30,373 nucleotides of DNA from positions 1 to 30,373 of the IMG/VR virus record IMGVR_UViG_3300005859_000005. One strand, written 5' to 3'. The notes under the pieces were generated by a model that ran no database searches, was not told the origin of the DNA, and saw only the letters and a program-made list of their open reading frames with translations. Positions within the stretch are counted from its first letter, which is position 1. Every line of letters starts with the position of its first letter. Both the position numbers and the translations under genes were made by a program. Positions 17,307 to 26,154 of this stretch are shown piece by piece.

Positions 17307-18125
17307 TTATGTTACTTTGAAATTTTTCATATATTCTATAACTTTCATAATATCAAGATGTGTATCTTTTTGGATTTGTAATATGTAATTTTGGTCTTGT
17401 AAAATCTGTAATATTTTATCTTTGTTTTGTACAAAGAAATTATAGAGTTCTGGATGATTTTGATACCAATCATTTTTTCCATTTTTCAAGTCATTATCAA
17501 TTTCTCCAAGAAGAAACGCTAATTGTTTAGTATCAATTTCTTTTCTAATTGGTTTAAATATTACACCAAGTACAGAGAAATAGGGTTTATATTTGAAAAG
17601 ACACATGTTAAAATTTCTTCCTTCTTTACAACTTATTTTCTTTGGATTGTAAATTTTAGCTACTAAGCCCTCAAGTCTTTCTTTAGTTATAACATTGATT
17701 AAATCATCTACATTAAGATAAATTTCTGGAAACCAATTCCAAATTCTACTGTCAATCCTTAAAGGGTGTACATATTTTCCAAGTTCTTTGTCAAAGACAT
17801 CATAGATGATAAATTGCGGAATTTCATTTTGATGGATTTGTAATGCTGACGTCTTTTTATGTACAAGTTCTCCATGAATAATATAGTTTTCATGGTCTTT
17901 TAAATAGTTAATAACTTCCTCAATTCCTGGAACTTTCATAAAGAGTTCTTGGAAAGATTTGTCATGTGGAATATCTTTTCTAGTGTGAATTTTTAATTCA
18001 TTTTCATATTTCAAACATATATGTGTTCCATCATATTTTATTTGATAATATGACTTTTCTTCTAGATTTTTTAAGTCTTGATAACTTATACTTTCCGCTT
18101 CGTAACGACATGGATTCAGTTCCAT
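17307..18125 (-). CDS. ATP-dependent polynucleotide ligase-family nucleotidyltransferase (RNA or DNA ligase)
   Basis: Motif I KYDG, Ia TRK, III HGELV, IIIa FIIYDV, IV EGLVAK, V FKYK; helical C-terminus. Confidence 0.85.
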   Translation of the reverse strand: MELNPCRYEAESISYQDLKNLEEKSYYQIKYDGTHICLKYENELKIHTRKDIPHDKSFQELFMKVPGIEEVINYLKDHENYIIHGELVHKKTSALQIHQNEIPQFIIYDVFDKELGKYVHPLRIDSRIWNWFPEIYLNVDDLINVITKERLEGLVAKIYNPKKISCKEGRNFNMCLFKYKPYFSVLGVIFKPIRKEIDTKQLAFLLGEIDNDLKNGKNDWYQNHPELYNFFVQNKDKILQILQDQNYILQIQKDTHLDIMKVIEYMKNFKVT

Positions 18126-18264
18126 GGATAAGAATAAAAAATTATGACAAATATATTTAATAATTTGTATGTAGTGAAGCCAAATTAGGAATTCTTTTTT
18201 TCTAAATTAAGGCTGAACTAGCGAAAGTTTGGAATTAAATATTTAAAGAAAAATTATTTTGAAT

Positions 18265-21200
18265 TCAGTAATTTGAGCGTAATTGCCAATTTAATAGAAT
18301 TAACTGTATTTCATCATCTGTTAATCCGTACTTTTTAAGTTGTTGTAATAAAGATTGTGCTGTATCTAATCCTATTTTATGTTTCTCAAACAACAAGTTA
18401 ATTGTTTCTATAATTTGACTTACATATCTACTTACTCTTCTATTTCTAGCATATTCCATGTAAGTATTCTGTAAATCTGGTGGAATTTGAAATTCTGAAA
18501 ATACTTTTTGTAGAAGTTGATTTGGATTTGATATATATTCCGAAATTTCAAGTGCTTTAGAAGGAGTAATGTAAAGTTCTGCATATCCTCTTATTATTTT
18601 CTTAATCTGAGCTGAAAGTTTTAGAACTCCTAAAAATGTGTCAGTAAATCCGTACTGTTTCATTAAATTTTCTAATTGTGTATTCTGGATTCCGTAAATT
18701 ATTGTATCTATATATTCCGTCTTTAAAGTATGTACATAAACGCCTATAAGTTCATGTTGATAAACATCTAGATATAGATTTATAAATTCTGAAGGAATAA
18801 ATGATAACTCTACAAGTTTCTGAATTGGATAATTATACTTAAATGCCTTTTCTATTTCTTCAATTTTCGGGATATATCTTTTCCAAAGTTCTAGACCAAA
18901 ACTAGTTACATATTGGTCTAACAAAATCTTTATTTGATTGTCTGGAATTCCTAATTTTTTCAATTCAGATTCTGCATTTCCTAAGTTTACGGGAATTTTT
19001 CCGACTTTGTAAAGTTGTCCTTCTATAATATTTCTAATAATTGTATGTATATCAAAGAATGTAGGAGTATAAGTTTGTACAAACAAATTAGCTATATTCT
19101 TTTCCATTCCTAACTTCTCTAACTCTTTGACAGCATTATCAGGTTTAATTTCTAGATGTTCTAATAATCTTTTTATGTATTCAAGTCCTATTTCAAGTTG
19201 ATAAATTTGTGTTTCTGGTATAATTTCAAATTCCACGATTTCCTTTGGTAATTTCTTGACATCTGTAACTATACCATGTCTAGCTAAAGTTTTATGATAT
19301 TCCACAATTTTTGGAAATACATATTCAAAGTAGAATTTTTGTGAATATAAATCAATAGCCGTTTTATCTTTTAAAATCTTGGATAATTCTGTCATAAGTT
19401 GTTTTTCGTCATAATATAAATTCCTAGCTAAAGTTTCTATATACGATAAATGTAATTTAGTAATTGGAATATTATAATCGTTTTGAATTATCTCATTTAT
19501 AAGATAATCGTTAATTTTCAACTTTCTTAATTCAGAATCTATAATTTTTGAATCTATTAGGAAATTTCTCAATTGTTCTTTTATAATTGATAATGTCGTA
19601 GATATTGAAATTTCTTGATTTACATAACTAGAAAATATATCTTCGAATTCTTTAATAACTCCGATTCCATGTAATTGTTTCCTAATCTCGTCAATTGACA
19701 AATATCCTTTCTTTCCAAGATTTTCTATTTGTGAAATCTGGTATTTTATTAAAGGAGCTATTTGATATTCAAAAATTACCTCAGAAATTATCGAAGAATT
19801 AAATCCAATAGACTTTAAATCCTTTTCTGCATTTCCAGGAGTAATAACAAAATTTTCTAGTTTAAATTGAAATTCCTTTAGAAGATATTGTAATCTAACA
19901 TATTCTAGCTCAAAGTTAAGAATTTCAAGAGCAACTTTTTCATTAAATTTATTATCTTTTAATGTTTCTTTTATCTTTTTTTCGTTAAATATTCCTAATC
20001 TAGTAATTTGTTGTAATTGTCTAAGTAAAAGTTCATTAGTATAAACTAGTTGTGATTGTTCTATCATTACATCAAAAACATCTTGGACTTCTTTAGGATA
20101 ATTTAACTCCTTAAATAATTTCTTGATTGTAGATTCTAAAAACTTTAAGTCTACATAAGGTCTTCCAAAATTCGATAAGGCACGTGATAATAAACTTCTA
20201 AGGAATTGTCTAACAATTCTCTGTACAGCATATTTATATTCAAGAGAGAAAACTTTTAGAAATAAATCTCTACCAGCTAAATTAACGTTCTGTATAATCT
20301 CATTATAAGCATCTTCTGGGCTTACTACGAATTGTCTAATTCCTTGTTCTACAGCTCTTTGTAGAAGTTTGGCGGTTTGATTTTGATACATTAGTTTGGC
20401 AGTTTTTGGAGTAATCAGATTGTTATATGCATATTGGGAAACAGCTCCAATATCTAAAATTCCATATTGAGAAGCTTGAATAACATCTCTAATTTTGACA
20501 GAAGTAAATAATGGATTTTTTGGTACAAAATCGTCTATTGGAGGCTCAAGATATGCATTAGTAAACCATGCGGGATAACCCGTGAGCAAAATTGTTTCTT
20601 TAAGATGGTCTTTAATTTCCTCGAAACTTCTTACAGCTACCCAGTTAGCAATTAAGCGAAAAGGCGGGTCTGCAAACGGGAAATCGCCAAGACCAATTTC
20701 GTTAAAAATTTCTCTAATTGAAATCTTGAAATCTGAAATAAATGGTTCTTTAATAAATTCTCTAAGTGTTTTTTGAGCTTCCTCTCTAACTTCATTTAAA
20801 AAGTCTACAGCAGAATCAGCAAATGCCTCTACAATTTCTCCGAATTTTATAGGTATTTTCCCGCCTAAACCTACTGGGGATAAGTCGATTTCAATTTCTG
20901 GAAGAATTTTCGATAATTTTTCCGTAATTTTTGGTAAAAACTTTCCAAGAACAATTGGTGTAGCAAAAGGGGTCAAAAATTGGGCAATTTGGGAAATTCC
21001 AGCTCCAATATGACTCATATTTTGTCCAAATCCAATCAAAAAATCTACAGTAATGTTAGCTAGTATTTGTGAAAATGAATTAGCTATACCAGAGAAAAAT
21101 CCATAAGCATTATTAACAAATTGAGATGCTATATTTGCTAGGTCTTGGAATATGCTTACAATTTGTTGTTCAAGCCATGTTAAAAATCCAGTTATTACGG

Positions 21201-21441
21201 GAATTGCGGTTTGTACAAAATTTTGTAAAATTTCTAAGAAATTGTTAGCAATTTTTTGCATAAATGTGGGAATATCTGAAATTGCTTGACCTAAGAAACT
21301 TACAATATTTTCAATATCTTTAACTACAGTATTAAAAAAGTTTATAAAGTCAGAAGCTAAAAAATTTGTAAAATTTTCAAGAGCTGACAATTCATCTGAA
21401 AAAAATGTTCCTAAATCTCCTAAATCCAATATGAAACTCAT
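18265..21441 (-). CDS. Large terminal-fibre virion protein (SIRV2 ORF1070/gp38-like)
   Basis: 1058 aa; amphipathic N-terminal repeats, repeated ELKKLG-type helical units; synteny. Confidence 0.9.
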   Translation of the reverse strand: MSFILDLGDLGTFFSDELSALENFTNFLASDFINFFNTVVKDIENIVSFLGQAISDIPTFMQKIANNFLEILQNFVQTAIPVITGFLTWLEQQIVSIFQDLANIASQFVNNAYGFFSGIANSFSQILANITVDFLIGFGQNMSHIGAGISQIAQFLTPFATPIVLGKFLPKITEKLSKILPEIEIDLSPVGLGGKIPIKFGEIVEAFADSAVDFLNEVREEAQKTLREFIKEPFISDFKISIREIFNEIGLGDFPFADPPFRLIANWVAVRSFEEIKDHLKETILLTGYPAWFTNAYLEPPIDDFVPKNPLFTSVKIRDVIQASQYGILDIGAVSQYAYNNLITPKTAKLMYQNQTAKLLQRAVEQGIRQFVVSPEDAYNEIIQNVNLAGRDLFLKVFSLEYKYAVQRIVRQFLRSLLSRALSNFGRPYVDLKFLESTIKKLFKELNYPKEVQDVFDVMIEQSQLVYTNELLLRQLQQITRLGIFNEKKIKETLKDNKFNEKVALEILNFELEYVRLQYLLKEFQFKLENFVITPGNAEKDLKSIGFNSSIISEVIFEYQIAPLIKYQISQIENLGKKGYLSIDEIRKQLHGIGVIKEFEDIFSSYVNQEISISTTLSIIKEQLRNFLIDSKIIDSELRKLKINDYLINEIIQNDYNIPITKLHLSYIETLARNLYYDEKQLMTELSKILKDKTAIDLYSQKFYFEYVFPKIVEYHKTLARHGIVTDVKKLPKEIVEFEIIPETQIYQLEIGLEYIKRLLEHLEIKPDNAVKELEKLGMEKNIANLFVQTYTPTFFDIHTIIRNIIEGQLYKVGKIPVNLGNAESELKKLGIPDNQIKILLDQYVTSFGLELWKRYIPKIEEIEKAFKYNYPIQKLVELSFIPSEFINLYLDVYQHELIGVYVHTLKTEYIDTIIYGIQNTQLENLMKQYGFTDTFLGVLKLSAQIKKIIRGYAELYITPSKALEISEYISNPNQLLQKVFSEFQIPPDLQNTYMEYARNRRVSRYVSQIIETINLLFEKHKIGLDTAQSLLQQLKKYGLTDDEIQLILLNWQLRSNY

Positions 21442-22124
21442 ACTGTTATTATACTTGTATTGTTAATATTAATTTTTTCACGTGAAAGTAAAGATTTGAA
21501 AATGTCAAAAAATACAAAATTGTCTTTTCTTTCAATTCTTCATATGATATTTTTTCTCAGATTGTGTGAAAAAAATTGTAATGGTAAATATATAAATCAC
21601 CTTTTAAACTTTTACCAAAATATTTTTAAACCCTTATCTCTCGTTATTTTTATTTTTACAAACGTTAATTTACGTAAAATAACGACGTAAAGACATTTAA
21701 ATATAAAAAAAATTTAACACAAATGGGTTATCCCGTGAGACAAATCTTTGAAATTTGAAATAAATCCAAAATATCTCACGGTGTGAGGCAAATTTACAAA
21801 CTTCTAATTTCAGAATTAAAGCCGAACGAACTGGAAACTTAATTCCAAACATAAAAATTTTGAATTTGTTTCCATCCCAAATTTGTTATCTCTTTAAACT
21901 GAAATTTTTCCAAAATGTCTCGTCATTTGAAAAATTAATTCTAAATTGGAAAAAATTGGAATTGTTTTTATTGTCAATTAAAAATTGTAAGAAATTAAAA
22001 CAAGTAAATTTTGTTGATTATACATATAATAAACATTATGAATATATCTTTTTGTCAAATATTTAATTTTAAAAATGTAATGTTAAAAAAATGAAAAAAA
22101 TTGAAATTTAGGATTTGTCTTTAA
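21442..22124. other. Long non-coding region with divergent promoter-like elements; candidate ncRNA locus
   Basis: No credible ORF; AAAATAACGA+TATA on both strands; CCGTGAGA/TCTCACGG inverted repeat. Confidence 0.45.
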
Positions 22125-22403
22125 TTAAGGCTTTTTTTTGTTATTATATAATTCTTTTAATATTTTTACGAAATCCTCTAGAAGACCGTCATTATCAATT
22201 ACGGCACTTAGTAAATAAGCCATATAAATAAGGAATGGAAACATTTCTATTTTTCCATCTGGATAACTTTTTAACATTTCCCGTATTTTATCATCTAAAT
22301 AATTTACTTGGCTTTCTATTTCTTTCATTCTTTTATTGTTAATGTTATATTTTAATTTTATTAAATTTAGATATGCCTTCAGACCTTCTTTAAATTTACC
22401 CAT
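22125..22403 (-). CDS. Helical hypothetical protein, paralog of 22994..23275
   Basis: EIxxQVNYLD...Y..G......IY..Y.L....D pattern shared. Confidence 0.75.
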   Translation of the reverse strand: MGKFKEGLKAYLNLIKLKYNINNKRMKEIESQVNYLDDKIREMLKSYPDGKIEMFPFLIYMAYLLSAVIDNDGLLEDFVKILKELYNNKKKP

Positions 22404-22605
22404 CTTTCTCTTCCTCCACTTTTACTTGCATTTTTCTCATTTCTTTTACAATTTTCACTACTTCTAAGGCTTTTTGAAAAACTTCACTTTTTCTAACATG
22501 TTCATCATCACATGTCGCTAAAGCCATAGTCAAATCGTCAAGAGCTAGATATAGCTTAGCTATTGTCTCTGTATTCGAATTTGACTTTCTTTTGTTTTCT
22601 GACAT
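22396..22605 (-). CDS. Conserved rudiviral 69-aa protein (SIRV2 ORF69-like)
   Basis: Overlaps the resolvase 3' end; LYLALDDLTMALATCD. Confidence 0.75.
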   Translation of the reverse strand: MSENKRKSNSNTETIAKLYLALDDLTMALATCDDEHVRKSEVFQKALEVVKIVKEMRKMQVKVEEEKDG

Positions 22606-22924
22606 CTTGACCTAATTTGTATATTCTGACACTTTTATGTCTTTTATAATGTACAATTACCAAAGGCTGACATGAACAAAAATTAAATATTTCACAAAAT
22701 TCAAACAGTTTTTCTATTTGAAAAATATCTACAATAACAAAATCTTTGGATGTAGATTTAACTTCTATTGGATAAATTGTATTGTCTTTCGTAGCTATAA
22801 TATCTGGAATTGCCTGTTTTCCAGTTCCAGATACTGGTATCCTAATAGCGTTATAACCATTTTTATCTAAAAACTCTAATGTTTTATATTCATAATATTT
22901 GCCAGATTGTCTAATATTCATCAA
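22556..22924 (-). CDS. hjc: Holliday junction resolvase (archaeal Hjc family)
   Basis: GKYYE, RIPVSG, PDIIA and IEVKST PD-(D/E)xK motifs. Confidence 0.95.
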   Translation of the reverse strand: MMNIRQSGKYYEYKTLEFLDKNGYNAIRIPVSGTGKQAIPDIIATKDNTIYPIEVKSTSKDFVIVDIFQIEKLFEFCEIFNFCSCQPLVIVHYKRHKSVRIYKLGQDVRKQKKVKFEYRDNS

Positions 22925-22938
22925 AACAAATTTAGAGA

Positions 22939-22970
22939 TTATGACATATTTATGTTTAAATATGTCATAA
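22939..22970. promoter_or_regulatory. Perfect 14-bp inverted repeat forming back-to-back TATA+GTC promoters
   Basis: TTATGACATATTTA-tgtt-TAAATATGTCATAA between the divergent hjc and 22994 genes. Confidence 0.8.
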
Positions 22971-22993
22971 AGAATTTTTTATAATGATTAGAT

Positions 22994-23275
22994 ATGAATA
23001 AGGATTTGGAAAAAATAATAGAAACTTTTAAAGAAACGTTTGGTTTTAATGAAAAAGATTTAGAAGAAATAAGGAAACAAGTTAATTATTTAGATTATTC
23101 ATTTTTTGATATATTGTCAAATTATAAAGAAGGACAAATGCGGTTATCTTCTATAATTATTTATTTTGGATATATTTTAGGTTCAATCTTAGATGACAAG
23201 AATTCACTTGAAATATTTCTATCAGTACTTGAGGCTGTATATATGGTTAAAAAATTTAGAGAAAAAATGAAATAA
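22994..23275 (+). CDS. Helical hypothetical protein, paralog of 22125..22403
   Basis: QVNYLD motif; own promoter. Confidence 0.75.
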   Translation: MNKDLEKIIETFKETFGFNEKDLEEIRKQVNYLDYSFFDILSNYKEGQMRLSSIIIYFGYILGSILDDKNSLEIFLSVLEAVYMVKKFREKMK

Positions 23276-23279
23276 TTTT

Positions 23280-23567
23280 TTATTCTTGTGTACAAAGCTT
23301 ATATTTTCCGTCTTTGTAAACAAATATATAAATTGCATTTTCCAGATATTTTTTAAAGTCTTCTTCATTTAAAGTTAATCTTTTTATATGTTTATCTTCT
23401 ATTTCTTCCCATGTTTTATCACTTATATTTATAGCAAATTCATCTACAATATCATCATCTGTTAAAACGCTTATAACATCCAAATATAAATCGTAATTTC
23501 CTTCCTTATAACATTCTAGATTTTCAAGTTCTTTATCTATAATTACAATAGATGTCACTTTAACCAC
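23280..23567 (-). CDS. Acidic hypothetical protein
   Basis: 95-aa ORF overlapping the GNAT gene end; GTG start, uncertain. Confidence 0.6.
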   Translation of the reverse strand: MVKVTSIVIIDKELENLECYKEGNYDLYLDVISVLTDDDIVDEFAINISDKTWEEIEDKHIKRLTLNEEDFKKYLENAIYIFVYKDGKYKLCTQE

Positions 23568-24016
23568 TTAACGAAAACTGGATGTCCAGTTCTGTTTGTC
23601 TTTCCTACTTCTTGAAATCCAGCTTTCTTATATAAAGCATTAGAATGACCTGGAAACCCAAGTGTCCAAATTACTTCAAATCCATCATTCTTTAGTTTGT
23701 TAGCTAAATCAATTAGAAAATTTACAGCATAATCGCCTGGAGCTGTTTTCGTAACTCTTCTAATGAAATATGACCTATCAGATGGAATATTATAATGTTG
23801 AGCTATATAACGGAAAGGAGTATTGTCATGAAGCCATGCAACTGCAACTACGAAATCTTGTTCTCCGTCGTTAGCTATATACATGAAATATCTAGAATTT
23901 TTTCCTGCCCCTCCTCCCATTGGCATTTTTTGAGAATGATAATAGTTTATTAACATTCTAACAAATTTTATTAACTCTTTACTTTCTGCCTCTACAATTC
24001 TAAACTTTAACTCCAT
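23555..24016 (-). CDS. GNAT-fold acetyltransferase (SIRV2 ORF154-like), Mom-like features
   Basis: YYHS, IRRV and GHSNALYKKAGFQEVGKT motifs. Confidence 0.75.
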   Translation of the reverse strand: MELKFRIVEAESKELIKFVRMLINYYHSQKMPMGGGAGKNSRYFMYIANDGEQDFVVAVAWLHDNTPFRYIAQHYNIPSDRSYFIRRVTKTAPGDYAVNFLIDLANKLKNDGFEVIWTLGFPGHSNALYKKAGFQEVGKTNRTGHPVFVKWLK

Positions 24017-24126
24017 TAATAATTAGTACAAATTATGACAAATATATACTTATTGTTATGAATATAATTAGGACAAATTATGTTTTCTCTTTAAAATTTA
24101 TGTAAGTTTTCAATAATATTTCAATT

Positions 24127-25539
24127 ATGGGAAGAAGAAAAGGTAATAGAAACATAGCATCTATGAAATATCATCTATATAACAAAGTGTTAAATAGAAA
24201 TAATTTCCCAGCTTTTTCTGTAATGTTTAACGCTGGAGTTGAATCTGTTCTTCCAACTCCGTTAGAGAATATTCAAGTCCCACTTGGTATAAATACTAAT
24301 TATGGAATTGCTTACACTACAATTATTTCATCTTTACTTTCTACATTAAACAATCTAGCAATTTCTACGTTTAACAAAAATACAAATGTGCAAAGTTTTC
24401 TACAATTAGGACAAAGTCCAATTTTTAGTTCAAATTTTGGTCAAACTTCTGGGCTTGATTTCGTTAATAAATTTACACAACTTTACGATTATTATGTAGA
24501 CCTTTGTAAAGTTTTATATCAGCCTGCTGTTTTTGATGAAACATATTTTGACCTCTCAGTTTTCCAGCCAGCCTTAACAATTGAAAATAGAAATGAGGCA
24601 TGTAAAAAACTGGAGAAATATTTTGATAGTTTAACAACTACAAACGTTTCTATAGACTTATCAAACTTAGGATTTGGATATACTAATATTCCAAATATAG
24701 ACAATTATTCACTTTCCAATATTCAGAATACTGGAATTTCAGATTTACTAAATACGTTAAATCTTAATTTTAATCAACTTCCAGATTTAGCTAAATTTAT
24801 AGTCTCATTTATTCCGAATCTAAATAAGATAATAGACAGTGGATTTGCTTTAGATGTCGGATGGTTAGACAGATGTGTCTTAGTTCCTGAAAATGAAAAT
24901 TCACAAGAATACAAAGTTAAGTTACAAAATGGTATGATTTTACAAAACTTTGCTAATGTTTTCGGTATGATTTTAGATTATACTCCTCTTGACTTAGCAA
25001 TTTTAATTCCAGAATTTAATCCAAATGATATAACTCTTGATAATTTGATAGCAATTTTATCAGCTGATAAAACTGTAATTTCTATTTTTGGAAATCTATT
25101 CAAACTACATTTATATGACCCATCTCCTGGCGGAGTAAATATAACATATAGTTCAGAAATCGAAAATTATGCTGTTACATATCAACAATATTTACAAGTA
25201 CAAAAAGTTGTAAATAGAAAATATTCGAATGTTTGGTATGCTAAAATGATAGCCTCAGCAATTATAGAAATTGCAAGATATCCATATCAACAAAATTACA
25301 GTTATCAAACTGGTAAAAGGACACTTCCATATCCCGAGTTTCTGAATTATTGGAAAACAAAATGGAAATTCTATGGTATTTCAGATGAGGATTTACAATT
25401 TGCTCAGCAATATGGTGAGATGTTACAAGGACAAGCTAAAATTGAGAATTCCTTAAAATTAGCTCAAAAAAGTGCAAAAACTAAAGAATATAAGCCAATC
25501 TTTTACTACAAAAACTTTAAAAATATAGCTCAGAGATAA
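24127..25539 (+). CDS. Minor virion protein (SIRV2 ORF488-like)
   Basis: 470 aa; MGRRKGNRNIASMKYHLY N-terminus, AVFDETYFDLSVF, YWKTKWKFYG; synteny. Confidence 0.85.
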   Translation: MGRRKGNRNIASMKYHLYNKVLNRNNFPAFSVMFNAGVESVLPTPLENIQVPLGINTNYGIAYTTIISSLLSTLNNLAISTFNKNTNVQSFLQLGQSPIFSSNFGQTSGLDFVNKFTQLYDYYVDLCKVLYQPAVFDETYFDLSVFQPALTIENRNEACKKLEKYFDSLTTTNVSIDLSNLGFGYTNIPNIDNYSLSNIQNTGISDLLNTLNLNFNQLPDLAKFIVSFIPNLNKIIDSGFALDVGWLDRCVLVPENENSQEYKVKLQNGMILQNFANVFGMILDYTPLDLAILIPEFNPNDITLDNLIAILSADKTVISIFGNLFKLHLYDPSPGGVNITYSSEIENYAVTYQQYLQVQKVVNRKYSNVWYAKMIASAIIEIARYPYQQNYSYQTGKRTLPYPEFLNYWKTKWKFYGISDEDLQFAQQYGEMLQGQAKIENSLKLAQKSAKTKEYKPIFYYKNFKNIAQR

Positions 25540-25543
25540 AGAG

Positions 25544-25813
25544 ATGATAGACATGATAATTAAGAAGAAAAAAGGTTGGAATTTTGACCCGAATACATGG
25601 AATTATAAATTTTATATTCCTTGTAAAATTGATAAAAAGAAAATTGAGGAAATTTTAACTAGCTAAATAGATAAGATGAGAGTCATGAGAATTATAAAAG
25701 ACGGAGAATATTATTTTTTGGAAATTGAAAATAAACAAGAATTGAAGAAACTAAAAGAAGATATATTAAAGAAGATAAAAGAAAAAAAAGATAAAGATAC
25801 AAATATTATTTAA
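25544..25813 (+). pseudogene. ~89-codon frame interrupted by one in-frame TAA (25664-25666), or two tiny genes
   Basis: MIDMIIKKKKGWNFDPNTW...EILTS*IDKMRVMRIIKDGEYYFLEIENK...NII in one frame. Confidence 0.45.
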
Positions 25814-25857
25814 AAGTTGAGAAAAATTAAACATAAAAAAATAAAATTAACTTAAAG

Positions 25858-26091
25858 TTATCTTTTCATATTTCTTAAATCGGTTACTACAGTTTTGTAA
25901 AAAAGAACTAAAAGTTTAAACTTGTTATGATTAAAAATTATTTTTTCGTTATAGGTAAGATTAGGAATTATATATTTTTCAAATTCAGTTGTCTTCATTT
26001 GTAACGCTTTTTCTCCATAACTTTGTACAAACATATGTGCAAGCTCAACAATTTTTTGTTCTATTTTTCCCATACTCATTTTTTTCCCCAT
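25858..26091 (-). CDS. Hypothetical basic protein
   Basis: 77-aa ORF with plausible composition. Confidence 0.6.
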   Translation of the reverse strand: MGKKMSMGKIEQKIVELAHMFVQSYGEKALQMKTTEFEKYIIPNLTYNEKIIFNHNKFKLLVLFYKTVVTDLRNMKR

Positions 26092-26154
26092 TATATATTT
26101 CGATATTCACATATAAAAATCTTTCGATTATCTTTTACATATTATTCCTCAAAG

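Noticed and set aside
20582-20776. 64-aa plus ORF
   Set aside because: Antisense within the large fibre gene
21460-22066. ORFs 21460..21690 and 21860..22066
   Set aside because: TTG starts, no SD, F/K/L/N composition typical of AT-rich non-coding DNA
21442-22124. Full mini-CRISPR array
   Set aside because: Only one repeat-like 3' end and no second repeat at the expected spacing; kept only as a solitary-unit hypothesis
24519-24704. 61-aa minus ORF
   Set aside because: Antisense to the 470-aa virion gene
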